Positions 37,367-47,154 of a stretch of DNA of 64,000 bases are shown here, piece after piece. Under the pieces are notes generated by a model, which saw only the letters and a program-made list of their open reading frames with translations, was not told the DNA's origin and searched no databases. The position numbers and the translations under genes were made by a program. Numbering within the stretch: position 1 is the first letter of the stretch; each line of letters opens with the position of its first letter. The stretch is from an uncultured Solirubrobacterales bacterium (lineage in GTDB: Bacteria; Actinomycetota; Thermoleophilia; Solirubrobacterales; Solirubrobacteraceae), in NCBI GenBank assembly GCA_963833765.1, contig CAWHZJ010000019.1:47487-111486 (forward strand). The letters run 5' to 3'.

Positions 37367-38443
37367 GTGCCCGCCTCGCTGTACGTTGCTATGGTCGTTT
37401 TCCCCACGGTAGCAGCCCGTTCCACTCTGCCTGCCGGGTTCACGGCTTTGTCACAGACCAGCGACGAGCAGCCACCGAAACGGAGGACGCGCGAGCGGCG
37501 CTTCGACCGCTGGCGCGGAGTCGACCTCGACCGCTGGCGCGGAGTCGACCTGTCGTTCGGACTCTCGCCGCGGGCGGTGCGTCGCGCCCGCTTGCAGCTG
37601 CTGGTCTTCGGACCGCTGTTCGCCGGCGTGATCCTGGTCTGGGACTACAGGTCCGACATCTTCGGGCTGACGCGCTGCACGCGACGCCACGCGCTACCGC
37701 TCTGCCCCCAGGCGGGGGTTACCGCGCTCCAGGTGTTCACCGTGATTGCGTTGGTGATCTTGGGTTGGGCCGGTGCGCGAGATATCGGTCGCGGGCTGAC
37801 GCCGATCCTCTTCAAGCGCATGGACACGGCCAGCGCCGGCACGGCCGGCTTCGTGATCCGGCTGCTCGCCGTCCTCGCGGCGATCGTGCTCGCCCTGCGC
37901 ATCGCCGATGTCTCGTTCGCTGCGATCGCGATCGGCGCGTCGTTCTCGGCCGTCGTCTTCGGCCTCGCGGCGCAGCAGACGCTCGGCAACCTGATCGCTG
38001 GGATTGTCCTGCTCAGCGCACGGCCGTTTCGCGTGGGCGACCGGGTCCGCCTGCAGGGAGGGGGGATCGGCGGCAGGATCGAGGGCGTGGTCTCGTCGCT
38101 CGGCCTGCTCTATACGACCTTTAACGCCGGCGACGATCCCGTGCTGGTCCCCAACAGTCTCGTGCTCGCCGTGTCGGTCAGTCCGCTGCGCGAGCCCGAG
38201 GCGGTGAGGCTGACCGTGCGGCTGCGCTCCGGCACCGCGCCGATCGAGCTGCAGCGGCGGATCGAGGACGCGCTGACCGTGCCGATCCGCCGGCACCCGA
38301 GCGTCACGCTCGAGGAGCTCGACGGGGCGGAGATGGTCGTCACGGTCAGCGCCACGCCGCGCGTCGCCGCCGACGGCGGTGCGCTGGCCGCCGAGCTGCT
38401 CGACGTGCTCACCCGCGAGATCGGTCAGGACCGCGCTTCGTAG
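37367..38443 (+). CDS. MscS-family mechanosensitive channel
   Basis: TM helices are followed by the conserved FGLAAQQTLGNLIAGIVLLSARPFRVGDRVRL. The start codon is uncertain. The N-terminal region contains the 24-bp duplication. Confidence 0.75.
   Translation: MPASLYVAMVVFPTVAARSTLPAGFTALSQTSDEQPPKRRTRERRFDRWRGVDLDRWRGVDLSFGLSPRAVRRARLQLLVFGPLFAGVILVWDYRSDIFGLTRCTRRHALPLCPQAGVTALQVFTVIALVILGWAGARDIGRGLTPILFKRMDTASAGTAGFVIRLLAVLAAIVLALRIADVSFAAIAIGASFSAVVFGLAAQQTLGNLIAGIVLLSARPFRVGDRVRLQGGGIGGRIEGVVSSLGLLYTTFNAGDDPVLVPNSLVLAVSVSPLREPEAVRLTVRLRSGTAPIELQRRIEDALTVPIRRHPSVTLEELDGAEMVVTVSATPRVAADGGALAAELLDVLTREIGQDRAS
37504..37551 (+). repeat. Perfect 24-bp tandem duplication (CGACCGCTGGCGCGGAGTCGACCT x2), in frame
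   Basis: Read directly from the sequence. It encodes DRWRGVDL twice in the N-terminal tail of the mscS-like ORF. Confidence 0.95.
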
Positions 38444-39186
38444 CGCGCGTAGAGCTGGCTCTCGTACTCGAGCAGCATCCGCAGCTCGAGGGCCAGCGGC
38501 TCGGCGGGAGCGTCCCCTCGCAGCAGCACCCCGTCCGCGGTGTCGCCGACGAGCAGCGGCGAGATCGCCAGGAACAGCTCGTCGATCAGCGACTCGGCGG
38601 CGAGTGCCGCGTTCAGTCCGGGGCCGCCTTCGCAGACGATCAGCCGTACGCCCCAGCTCTTCCGGAGTTCGCTGAGTCCGGCGCGGAGGGTCGCGGTCCG
38701 GATGTAATCGACGCTGGCGGCGGACGCCGGGAGGTCGCCTGCGGAGGGCGTGAGGACCACGACGCGCGTGTCGGGGTCGGCCAGCAGCGGCAGCGTGGGA
38801 TCGAGCTCGAGCCCACGGCTGACGATCACGGCAAGCGGCTGTTCGGGAAGCCCCTGGCCGGCGCGCAGCTCGCGTCGGCCGCGATCGCGAATGATCGGCC
38901 CATACCGTTCGGCCCGCACGGTTCCGGCCGCCACCATCACCGCGTCGGCCCGCGCCCGCAGCGCATGGAACAGCGCCCGGTCGGCGGGTCCACCGAGCGG
39001 GCCCGAGCGGCCCTTGACGGCGATCCGCCCGTCGACGCTCGCGATCATGTTCAGCGCGACGCGCAGCCGCTCGCCGCCCTGCTCGCGCCACCCGTTCAGC
39101 GCCTCATCGGCGCTGAGCTTCTGATCGACGGCGAGTTGGGGGATCAGGCTGCGGAACCGGGGCGGCTCCACGGCGACCGCGCTCAC
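38425..39186 (-). CDS. RibD C-terminal domain / dihydrofolate-reductase-like pyrimidine reductase family protein
   Basis: [46 protein letters not shown] and [11 protein letters not shown] are typical of RibD_C. Its 3' end overlaps mscS by 19 bp. Confidence 0.7.
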   Translation of the reverse strand: MSAVAVEPPRFRSLIPQLAVDQKLSADEALNGWREQGGERLRVALNMIASVDGRIAVKGRSGPLGGPADRALFHALRARADAVMVAAGTVRAERYGPIIRDRGRRELRAGQGLPEQPLAVIVSRGLELDPTLPLLADPDTRVVVLTPSAGDLPASAASVDYIRTATLRAGLSELRKSWGVRLIVCEGGPGLNAALAAESLIDELFLAISPLLVGDTADGVLLRGDAPAEPLALELRMLLEYESQLYARYEARS

Positions 39187-39196
39187 CGTGCTCCGC

Positions 39197-39595
39197 CTAG
39201 GCGTCTGGCTCGAACTTCAACGCAGCCGAGTTGATGCAGTAGCGCAGCCCGGTGGGATCCGGGCCGTCCTCGAACACGTGCCCGAGGTGTCCCTCGCAAC
39301 TCGAGCAGAGCACCTCGGTCCGGCGCATCAGAAAACCACGGTCCTCCTCGGTGCTGACGGCATCGGCCGCCGTCGGCTCCCAGAAGCTCGGCCAGCCGGT
39401 ACCCGAATCGAACTTCGCGTCGGAGCGGAACAGCTCGGCCCCGCAGCCGGCGCAGCGGTACGCCCCGGTCTCCTTGTTGTGCGTGAGCTCGCCGGTGAAC
39501 GGGCGTTCAGTTCCCTTGTGTCGCAGCACCTCGTACTGCTCCGGGGTCAGCTCCGCCTGCCACTGCTCGTCTGTCTTGTGGACCTTCTCGCCCAT
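39197..39595 (-). CDS. msrB: Peptide-methionine (R)-S-oxide reductase
   Basis: 132 aa. [27 protein letters not shown] and RYCINS motifs are present. Confidence 0.9.
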   Translation of the reverse strand: MGEKVHKTDEQWQAELTPEQYEVLRHKGTERPFTGELTHNKETGAYRCAGCGAELFRSDAKFDSGTGWPSFWEPTAADAVSTEEDRGFLMRRTEVLCSSCEGHLGHVFEDGPDPTGLRYCINSAALKFEPDA

Positions 39596-39772
39596 AGCTG
39601 CAGCCTAGCGCGTCGCGCGAAATTTCATTGCGCGAGTGCTGCGACGTGCTACCGTCACGCGGGAAAGACGCCGGCACGTGTCGGTCAACGTAGTGCGAGC
39701 GCTCGCAGGTCGAAGCTTTTCAAGCGTCCTCCGCGTCGCAGCAAGCACACACACAGACAGTGGAGGAACGCA

Positions 39773-39976
39773 ATGCCTACGGGCACCGTGAAGTGGTTCA
39801 GCGACGACAAGGGGTTCGGTTTCATCACCCCCGATGACGGCGACAAGGATCTCTTCGTTCATCACACCGGGATCGTCGGCGAGGGATATCGCTCGCTGCA
39901 GGAGGGTGCCAAGGTGTCATTCGACGCCGAGGCCGGTGACAAGGGGCCGAAGGCGGTCAACGTCGTCCCGCTCTAG
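39773..39976 (+). CDS. Cold-shock protein (CspA family)
   Basis: SD GGAGGA precedes the ATG at 39773. [28 protein letters not shown] carries the RNP1/RNP2 motifs. 67 aa. The long upstream part of the ORF-track entry is rejected. Confidence 0.95.
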   Translation: MPTGTVKWFSDDKGFGFITPDDGDKDLFVHHTGIVGEGYRSLQEGAKVSFDAEAGDKGPKAVNVVPL

Positions 39977-40012
39977 CGCGACGGCTGAGCTGCTCACCGT
40001 TTCCTGAAGTGT

Positions 40013-40038
40013 CGGAGCCCGCCAGCCGGCGGGCTCCG
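40013..40038 (+). terminator. Hairpin terminator candidate after csp
   Basis: CGGAGCCCGCC-AGCC-GGCGGGCTCCG gives an 11-bp perfect stem, followed by GTCGTTGT (a weak U-tract). Confidence 0.55.
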
Positions 40039-40132
40039 GTCGTTGTGGGGACGCAACCGGTGGCGCGTGATCGTGCTGTCGCTATCCTGCGCCGAGTCCG
40101 GCGCGCAGCGGCGGATCGTGCTCCCATCAGAG

Positions 40133-41788
40133 ATGTCGACCGACGCGACCCAACGCCGTGGACGCTTCGCCGTCGGGAATCCCCCGGCGGTGCCCGTGCG
40201 CCTGCCGCCAAGCGCCGTTCGGGGTTATCGGCAGCACGTCGTCCACGGACATCGCTGGCGCGATCCGAGCGGCTCGGATCTGTTCCGCTCGACGCTCGCC
40301 GTGGGTGCGTCGTCGGCGGCGCTGACCGTGATGGTGCTGACCAGCCTGCTGCTGGTCTCGCTCGCGGCGGCGCGCCCGGGGATACTCCTCTCGCCCCAGG
40401 TGGCGAAACCGGGCGCGTACCCGCTGTGGATGGCCGGGCCCACAGGGGTGCTGACGAGCTGGTTCACCGCCAGCGCACACACCGAGCGCGTGCTGTTCAC
40501 CGCGGCGATCGCGACGATGCTCGTTGCCTACCTGATCGTCGCCTACTCGGCGGCCCGGCTTCGCCCGGCGTGGGTCCTCGGCACGATCGTCGTGCTGCAC
40601 GTGATCTTCCTGCTGTCACCCCCGCTCTATCTGACCGACGTCTTCAACTACCTCAACTACGGTCGCATGGAGTCCGTCTACCACCTGAATCCGTACACGA
40701 CGATCCCGGTGCTCGAGCCGCACGGCGACCCGACCTTCCTGCTCAGCAACTGGCACGGCCTGCTGAGTCCCTACGGCCCGCTGTTCACCGTCTTCACGAT
40801 CGCGCTCGTGCCGCTCGGCGTGGCGGGGTCGTTCTGGGCGATGAAGGTCGCGCTGATGCTCGCGAGTCTCGCCGTCGTGTTCCTGGTCTACCGCTGCGCG
40901 GGCCTGCTCGGACGCAACCCGGTCGCAGCGGCCGTGATCGTCGGGATCAACCCGATCGTGCTCGTCTGGGGGATGGGCGGCGACCACAACGACTTCCTGA
41001 TGCTGTTCTTCCTGGTGCTCGGCTTCTGGCTCCTGTTGCGGGCCAACGCGATGCGCGTCGGCAAGCGCGCGCGCCCGGCTCCGCAGCACGAGACCGGGGT
41101 GCTCGCGGGCCTGCGCCGGGCCTGGGCCTGGCTCGACGGCATGCCCAGGCCGCTCGTCGCCGGCGAGCCGGCGCCATGGATGGAGGTCGGCGCCGGCATC
41201 GCCCTCGTCGCGGCGGTCGCGATCAAGGCGTCCTCGGCGGTGCTGATCCCGATCGTGCTGGCCGGCGCAGCGCGGCGCATGCGACTGGCCCTGGGCCTGC
41301 TGATCGGCTTCGCAGGCGCCGCGGCGATGACCATCGACGCATTCGGTCTCAACCTTCCCAACATCGGCCAGCAGGCCAGACTCGTGATCCCGGCAGGGAT
41401 TCCCAATCTCACGGGCCTGGCGCTGGGCTTCGGCGGCGAGACGGCCCAGATGCGCTACGTGCTTTCGCTGCTGCTGCTCGCCGTGATCGTCGGCTTCTCG
41501 ATCTGGACCTGGCGCACGCGCCGCTGGCTGACGGCATGCGGCTGGGTCAGCCTGGTGCTCATCGTCACGCTGAGCTGGACGCTCCCGTGGTACATCGTCT
41601 GGCTGCTGCCGTTCGCCGCGCTCGCGCGCTCGCGTGGCCTGCGGATCGCCGCCGTGGTGCTCGGCGTCTACATCTACCTCGCGTGGATGCCGTACTCGTC
41701 CGAGATCCTGGGCTTCCTGCACGTGAATCCGGCCAACACGACGCTCGGGCAGCAGGAAGCGACCTACATGACCAGCGTGCTGTTCTAG
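40133..41788 (+). CDS. GT-C-fold polytopic membrane glycosyltransferase (MptB/DUF2029-like mannosyltransferase candidate)
   Basis: Many TM helices. An early loop DVFNYLNYGRMESVYHLNPY...LLSPYGPLF resembles polyprenol-phosphate-mannose-dependent mannosyltransferases. The start (Met at 40133) is uncertain. Family call is from memory. Confidence 0.5.
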   Translation: MSTDATQRRGRFAVGNPPAVPVRLPPSAVRGYRQHVVHGHRWRDPSGSDLFRSTLAVGASSAALTVMVLTSLLLVSLAAARPGILLSPQVAKPGAYPLWMAGPTGVLTSWFTASAHTERVLFTAAIATMLVAYLIVAYSAARLRPAWVLGTIVVLHVIFLLSPPLYLTDVFNYLNYGRMESVYHLNPYTTIPVLEPHGDPTFLLSNWHGLLSPYGPLFTVFTIALVPLGVAGSFWAMKVALMLASLAVVFLVYRCAGLLGRNPVAAAVIVGINPIVLVWGMGGDHNDFLMLFFLVLGFWLLLRANAMRVGKRARPAPQHETGVLAGLRRAWAWLDGMPRPLVAGEPAPWMEVGAGIALVAAVAIKASSAVLIPIVLAGAARRMRLALGLLIGFAGAAAMTIDAFGLNLPNIGQQARLVIPAGIPNLTGLALGFGGETAQMRYVLSLLLLAVIVGFSIWTWRTRRWLTACGWVSLVLIVTLSWTLPWYIVWLLPFAALARSRGLRIAAVVLGVYIYLAWMPYSSEILGFLHVNPANTTLGQQEATYMTSVLF

Positions 41789-41801
41789 TGGCCGGCGAGT
41801 A

Positions 41802-42518
41802 GTGGCAGTCCCGTCGCGTCAGCCGACCAGCACCGACGAGGAGCTGCTCGCTGCCGAGCGCGAGAGCGTCGCCGCGGTGCGCTCGGACGCGGAGCGGATC
41901 GCCCGCATGGCCCAGGAGATGGCGTACGGGTTCCTGGCGCTCGCCAACATCGGGACGGCGGTGTCGGTGTTCGGCTCCTCGCGCACCGCCGTCGAGGATC
42001 CCGCCTACGACCGCGCACGGGTCGTCGCCCGAGGGCTGGCCGCCGAGGGCTTCGCGGTGATCACCGGCGGCGGACACGGCGTGATGGAGGCCGCCAACCG
42101 TGGTGCGCAGGAGGGCGGTGGTCGCTCGATCGGGTTGAACATCGAACTGCCTCAAGAGCAGGCGCTGAACGCCTACGTCGACCTCGGCCTGGAGTTCCAC
42201 TACTTCTTCGTGCGCAAGCTGATGTTCGTCCGCTACGCCTGCGCGTTCGTCGTGCTGCCCGGTGGCCTCGGGACGCTCGATGAGCTGTTCGAAGCGCTGA
42301 CGCTGATCCAGACCAGGAAGATCCGCCACTTCCCGGTGATCCTCTACGGCCATGAGTATTGGCAGGGCCTGCTCGACTGGGTTCGCGACTCGGTGCTCGC
42401 GCGGATGAACATCTCGGCCGCCGACCTCGCGCTGCTGACGCTGGTGGACGAGCCGGGCGAGGTCTGCGAGATCGCCGCCGCCGCCGCCGCCGCTCAAGGG
42501 CGCCATCCGCGCGCCTGA
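41802..42518 (+). CDS. LOG-family (TIGR00730) nucleotide phosphoribohydrolase
   Basis: GGGHGVMEAANRGA and PGGLGTLDELFEALTLIQTRK motifs are present. Confidence 0.85.
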   Translation: MAVPSRQPTSTDEELLAAERESVAAVRSDAERIARMAQEMAYGFLALANIGTAVSVFGSSRTAVEDPAYDRARVVARGLAAEGFAVITGGGHGVMEAANRGAQEGGGRSIGLNIELPQEQALNAYVDLGLEFHYFFVRKLMFVRYACAFVVLPGGLGTLDELFEALTLIQTRKIRHFPVILYGHEYWQGLLDWVRDSVLARMNISAADLALLTLVDEPGEVCEIAAAAAAAQGRHPRA

Positions 42519-42866
42519 TCAGTGATCGGCGACGTAGCCGCCTTCCGGGGCGATCGGGAGACCGGCGTCGACCCAGGCCTGAATCCCCCCGGTCAGCGTG
42601 TATGCGTCGTAGCCGGCGGAGCGGAAGGCGCTCGCCGCCATCGCCGAGCGCAAACCGAGCCGGCACAGGAACACGACCGGTTGCGTGCGATCGATCTCGC
42701 CGGCACTCGATGCGAGCCGCTCGAGCTCGATGTGGCGGGTGCCCTCGACGTAGCCGGCCTCGCGCTCGTAGGTTTCGCGGACGTCGATCACCGTCGCGCC
42801 GTCCGCCAGCAGGTCGGCTGCGCGCTGCGCGGTGATCTCGATTTCGGCGTTCTCGAAGGCGTTCAT
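42519..42866 (-). CDS. Single-domain rhodanese (sulfurtransferase)
   Basis: The in-frame ATG at 42866 gives 115 aa with the active-site loop [11 protein letters not shown]. The rest of the 569-aa ORF-track entry is antisense to the acyl-CoA dehydrogenase gene and is rejected. Confidence 0.8.
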   Translation of the reverse strand: MNAFENAEIEITAQRAADLLADGATVIDVRETYEREAGYVEGTRHIELERLASSAGEIDRTQPVVFLCRLGLRSAMAASAFRSAGYDAYTLTGGIQAWVDAGLPIAPEGGYVADH

Positions 42867-42932
42867 CGGCGGGCGCTGAGCATACGCCACGGGCACGATC
42901 GAGCCAATCGGGGCGGCGGGTACGATGCGTCG

Positions 42933-44078
42933 GTGGCCACTGTGAACGACACCTATGCCCTGCCGGCCGAGGTCGTCGAGTTTCGCGACGCAATCCGCCA
43001 GATGGTGGTCGAGCGTGTCGCCCCGCGCGCTGCCGAGATCGACGAGCAGGCCGCCTATCCCTGGGACCTGCGGCAGCTGTTCGCCGAGCACGACCTCCTG
43101 GCGCTGCCGTTCGAGACTGAATACGGCGGCACCGGAACCGGGACGCTGATGCTGAACGTCGCGATCGAGGAGGTCGCCAAGGCCTGCGCTGCGAGCGCGC
43201 TGATCCTGATGGTCCAGGACCTCGGCACGCTGCCGATCCGGCTCTTCGGCAGCGAGGAGCAGAAGCAGCGGTTCCTGCCGCGCTGCGCAAGCGGTGAATG
43301 GTCGCCGGCGTTCGCGCTCTCGGAGCCGGGCGCGGGTTCGGACCCGGCGAGCATGACGACCAGCGCGCGCCAGGACGGCGAGGACTGGGTGATCAGCGGC
43401 TCGAAGTCGTGGATCTCCAACTGCGGCATCGCCGACTTCTACGTCGTGTTCGCGGTCAGCGACCGCGAAACGCGGCGGATCACGGCGTTCGTTGTCGAAG
43501 CCGACCGCCCCGGGCTGAGCACCGGCGGGCTCGAACACAAGCTCGGAATCCGCGGCTCGCCGACCGGGCAGCCGGTCTTCGACGAGGTTCGCGTGCCGCC
43601 CGAGAACGTGGTCGGCACCGTCGGGAAGGGACTGTCGGTGGCGCTCGCCACGCTCGAGCGCACGCGCCTGGGCGCTGCGGCTCAGGCCGTCGGGATCGCG
43701 CAGGGCGCGACGGATTACGCGGTCGGCTACGCCCGCGAGCGGCACCAGTTCGGCAAGCCGATCAGCGAGTTCCAGGCGATCCAGTTCAAGCTCGCCGACA
43801 TGGAGCTGCGGACGGCCGCCGCCCGGGAGCTGCTCTACCGCGCCTGCGCGATGGCCGATCGCGGCGAGCCGGGGGCGGCAAAGTACGCGTCGATGGCCAA
43901 GGTCTTCGCCTCCGACACCGCGATGGCGGTGACCGTCGAGGCGGTACAGGTCCTCGGTGGCTACGGCTACGTGCGCGACTACCCTGTCGAGCGGATGATG
44001 CGCGATGCCAAGATCACCCAGATCTATGAAGGAACCAACGAGATCCAGCGGCTCGTGATCGCACGAGCGCTGCTGTGA
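42933..44078 (+). CDS. Acyl-CoA dehydrogenase
   Basis: In-frame GTG at 42933 (a GTG at 42942 is also possible). [34 protein letters not shown] and QVLGGYGY motifs are present. Confidence 0.9.
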   Translation: MATVNDTYALPAEVVEFRDAIRQMVVERVAPRAAEIDEQAAYPWDLRQLFAEHDLLALPFETEYGGTGTGTLMLNVAIEEVAKACAASALILMVQDLGTLPIRLFGSEEQKQRFLPRCASGEWSPAFALSEPGAGSDPASMTTSARQDGEDWVISGSKSWISNCGIADFYVVFAVSDRETRRITAFVVEADRPGLSTGGLEHKLGIRGSPTGQPVFDEVRVPPENVVGTVGKGLSVALATLERTRLGAAAQAVGIAQGATDYAVGYARERHQFGKPISEFQAIQFKLADMELRTAAARELLYRACAMADRGEPGAAKYASMAKVFASDTAMAVTVEAVQVLGGYGYVRDYPVERMMRDAKITQIYEGTNEIQRLVIARALL

Positions 44079-44713
44079 GGGCGATGGCGGGGTCGAGCCC
44101 ACCGCTGAAGGTGATCCTGCGGGCCGCGGGGCTGGCGCTGGCGATCGGCCTCGCGGTCGCGTTCGTGCTCGCGCCGCCGAGCAGCTCGCCGCTCGTGCGC
44201 GCGATCGAGCTGCTCGCTGTGATCGCACTCGGGATCCTGGCCCTGGCCGCGGTGCTCGCGCTCGTCACCGGCTGGCTGGCCGGCTGGCAGGATGGCGAGG
44301 CGGAATTCGAGATGGTCGTCCGTCGCGCCGAGCGCCTGGCTGGCGACAATCTCGCCGCCGAGCCCGACGAGGGGGAGTTTCTCGAGCTCGACCCGCTGCG
44401 CGACGAGGACTTCGAGGAGCTGGTTCGCGACGCGCTCGACGAGCTCCCGGACCTGCTCCAGAACGCCTTGGCGCACGTCGCTGTCGTGATCTCCGACGGC
44501 GGGCGGCGCGCCCATGCCTACGGTCTCTACCAGGGCGACGGCGTGCACCGCGAGGAGCACCCCGACCGCATCGTTATCTTCCGCGACACGCTGCGGCGCG
44601 ACTTCGGCGATGACGCGGAGCTGCTGCGCGAGCAGGTCGTCCGCGTCGTGCGCCACGAGCTCGCCCACCACGTCGGCTTCGACGAGATGGGGGTGGGCGA
44701 GCTCGGGTTGTGA
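44075..44713 (+). CDS. Zincin_1 (DUF1025) metallopeptidase-like protein with an N-terminal 2-TM extension
   Basis: C-terminal [14 protein letters not shown] contains the HExxH-type motif. Two hydrophobic helices sit at the N-terminus. The GTG at 44075 overlaps the upstream stop; an ATG at 44084 is the alternative start. Confidence 0.6.
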   Translation: MRAMAGSSPPLKVILRAAGLALAIGLAVAFVLAPPSSSPLVRAIELLAVIALGILALAAVLALVTGWLAGWQDGEAEFEMVVRRAERLAGDNLAAEPDEGEFLELDPLRDEDFEELVRDALDELPDLLQNALAHVAVVISDGGRRAHAYGLYQGDGVHREEHPDRIVIFRDTLRRDFGDDAELLREQVVRVVRHELAHHVGFDEMGVGELGL

Positions 44714-44791
44714 GGCTCGGATGTTTCCGCCGGTACTGGACCCATCAGCGCGCCGCGCCCCGGGGGAGCGGCGGATAAGGAGAGAGAGACG

Positions 44792-45991
44792 ATGATCGAA
44801 GCGGTGATCGTCGATGCGGTGCGCACGCCGATCGGGCGCGCGCTCAAGGGCTCGCTGAGAGCGATGCGCGCCGACGAGCTGGCGGCGGTGCCGCTGCGGG
44901 CGCTGATCGAGCGCAACCCCGCGGTCGACTTCGCGGAGACCGCCGACGTGATGATGGGCGCCGCCTCGGGAACCGGTGAGCAGGGCTACAACGTCGGCCG
45001 CAACGCCCTGCTGCTCGCCGGCATCGACGACCGCGTTCCGGGCTGCACCGTCAACCGTTTCTGCGCCTCCTCGCTGCAGACGCTGCGGATGGCGTTTCAT
45101 GCGATCGCGGCCGGCGAGGGGGACCAGTACATCGCGGCCGGCGTGGAATCGGTGTCGCGGGCCGGGCTCGGCGCGGCGCCGGACCAGGCGAGCCTCAACC
45201 CGCGGCTCGACGGCTCGGCAGGATCGCTGTGCAACGTCTACATCCCGATGGGAATGACGGCCGAGAATGTCGCCGAGCGCCACAAGGTCTCACGCGAGGA
45301 CCAGGACCGCTGGGCCGTGATCTCGCAGGACCGCGCGGTCAGCGCCGCCGCCTCAGGCCACGTCGACGCGGAGATCGTCCCGGTGACCGTTGCGGCCCAT
45401 GCCGAGGACGACGACGGCGGTGCCACGATCGAGGTCGCCGAGGCCGTTGTCGCGCACGACGACTGCCCGCGTCCCGGAACGACGATGGAGGTGCTCGCGA
45501 CGCTCAAGCCGGTGTTCAAGCCCGACGGGACCGTCACCGCCGGCAACTCGTGCCCGCTCAACGACGGCGCGGCGGCGGTGCTCGTGATGAGTGCGGCGCG
45601 CGCGGAGCGGCTTGGCCTGCGGCCGCGCGCGCGAATCCTCGCCTCGACGATCGCGGCGGTCGAGCCGGAGTACATGGGCATCGGCCCGGTCCCGGCGATC
45701 CGGGCCCTGCTCGCGCGCGGCGGGCTGACGATCGAGGACATCGACATCGTCGAGATCAACGAGGCGTTCGCGGCGCAGGTCGTGCCGTGCATGCGCCAGC
45801 TCGGGATCGCCGATGAGCAGCTCAACCCGTTCGGGGGCGCGATCGCGCTCGGGCACCCGTTCGGGATGACCGGCGCGCGGATCATGACGACGCTGATCAA
45901 CGGCCTGGAGACGACCGGCGGGCGCCTGGGGATCGACGCGGCTTGCGTCGCCGGCGGGATGGGTCAGGCGATGCTCGTGCAACGGATCTGA
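44792..45991 (+). CDS. Acetyl-CoA C-acyltransferase (thiolase)
   Basis: Active-site VNRFCASSLQT, NEAFAAQ and C-terminal GGAIALGHPFGMTGAR...CVAGGMG are present. Confidence 0.9.
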   Translation: MIEAVIVDAVRTPIGRALKGSLRAMRADELAAVPLRALIERNPAVDFAETADVMMGAASGTGEQGYNVGRNALLLAGIDDRVPGCTVNRFCASSLQTLRMAFHAIAAGEGDQYIAAGVESVSRAGLGAAPDQASLNPRLDGSAGSLCNVYIPMGMTAENVAERHKVSREDQDRWAVISQDRAVSAAASGHVDAEIVPVTVAAHAEDDDGGATIEVAEAVVAHDDCPRPGTTMEVLATLKPVFKPDGTVTAGNSCPLNDGAAAVLVMSAARAERLGLRPRARILASTIAAVEPEYMGIGPVPAIRALLARGGLTIEDIDIVEINEAFAAQVVPCMRQLGIADEQLNPFGGAIALGHPFGMTGARIMTTLINGLETTGGRLGIDAACVAGGMGQAMLVQRI

Positions 45992-46998
45992 GCACGCGGA
46001 TCAGACGCGCGCGGGGAGGCCAGCGAGAGCGCGAACCAGTCGTTCTCGTCGGTGTGCCAAGCCACCAGCACGAGTCCGGCCGCCGAGAGCTCGGCGGCCA
46101 CGCGCTCGCGCGTGAATTTCGAGCTGATCTCGGTGCGCAGCTCCTCAGCTGCCGCGAACCGGACGGTCAGGTCGATCGCCGGAAGCACGACCTCCTGGGC
46201 CTCGCGGGCGCGCAGCCGGATATCGACCCACTCGTTCCGGGGGTCGAAGCGCGCGACGTGCAGAAAGCCGGCGGGGTCGAAGTTCGCCCCGAGCTCGCGG
46301 TTGACGACGTGGAGGATGTTCCGGTTGAACTCGGCGGTGATCCCGTCCGAGTCGTCATAGGCCGCCTCGAGGGTCGCTCGGTCCTTGACGAGATCGGTGC
46401 CCAGCAGCAGGTGGTCCCCGTCGCCGAGCAGCCCGGCGATCGTGCGCAGGAAGCGCTGGCGGCTCGCCGGGGCGAAGTTGCCGATCGTGCCGCCGAGAAA
46501 CGCGAGCAGGCGCGGTCCGGTCGCCGGCGGCAGCCGGTCGAGGTGGCGTTCGAAGTCGCCGATCAGCCCGTGGACCTGGAGCCCCGGATACTCGCGGGTC
46601 AGCTTCGCCGCGCTCTCACGCACGGCGCTCTCTGTGACGTCGACGGCCACGAACCGCTGCAGCGTCCCGGCGGCCGCCATCGCGTCGAGCAACAGGCGCG
46701 TCTTCGTCGCGCTGCCCGAGCCGAGCTCGACGAGCTCGCTGGCGCCGGTCGCCGCGATCAGCTCACCGGCGGCCCGCTCGAGGATCGACCGCTCGGTGCG
46801 GGTCGGGTAGTACTCCGGCAGCTCGCAGATCCGATCGAACAGCGCTGCACCGCGCGAGTCGTAGGCGTACTTGGGCGGTAGCTCCTTGAGCGGTCGTGTC
46901 AGGCCGTCGAGCACGTCCTCGGCGAGCGTGCGCCCACCGTCTCCCTCGAGCGCGTCCTCGAACGAGGTCGCGCCGCGCGCCGGTGCCGGACGATTCAT
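45964..46998 (-). CDS. egtD: EgtD-like SAM-dependent amino-acid N-alpha-methyltransferase (Methyltransf_33)
   Basis: Start is at the internal Met 46998. YYPTRTERSIL, LVELGSGSATKTRLLLDA, FLGGTIGNF and ITAEFNRNILHVVNRELGANFDP match EgtD as I recall it. No egtA/B/C/E is visible in this window. Its 3' end overlaps the thiolase gene by 28 bp. Confidence 0.7.
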   Translation of the reverse strand: MNRPAPARGATSFEDALEGDGGRTLAEDVLDGLTRPLKELPPKYAYDSRGAALFDRICELPEYYPTRTERSILERAAGELIAATGASELVELGSGSATKTRLLLDAMAAAGTLQRFVAVDVTESAVRESAAKLTREYPGLQVHGLIGDFERHLDRLPPATGPRLLAFLGGTIGNFAPASRQRFLRTIAGLLGDGDHLLLGTDLVKDRATLEAAYDDSDGITAEFNRNILHVVNRELGANFDPAGFLHVARFDPRNEWVDIRLRAREAQEVVLPAIDLTVRFAAAEELRTEISSKFTRERVAAELSAAGLVLVAWHTDENDWFALSLASPRASDPRAQIRCTSIA

Positions 46999-47154
46999 CG
47001 GCTCGCCGCCACGCACAGGCGGGCGAGGCTGTGGCGGCGGCCCGGGAGGCCGGCGTCCGACACGCCGTCGAGCAGCGCGAGTGCCTGCGCACGCGCCTCT
47101 TCGAGCCCACGTTGATCGAGCACCGCCATGGCGCCGGCACATCCTAGTCGCGGG

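Noticed and set aside
37694-39091. 465-aa minus-strand ORF across mscS and the ribD_C-like gene.
   Set aside because: It is Arg/Ala/Pro-rich and low-complexity, antisense to or out of frame with two motif-supported genes.
42867-44228. Upstream 450 codons of the 569-aa minus-strand ORF, and the 409-aa ORF at 42061-43290.
   Set aside because: Both are antisense to the acyl-CoA dehydrogenase and LOG genes. Only the last 115 codons (rhodanese) look like a real protein.
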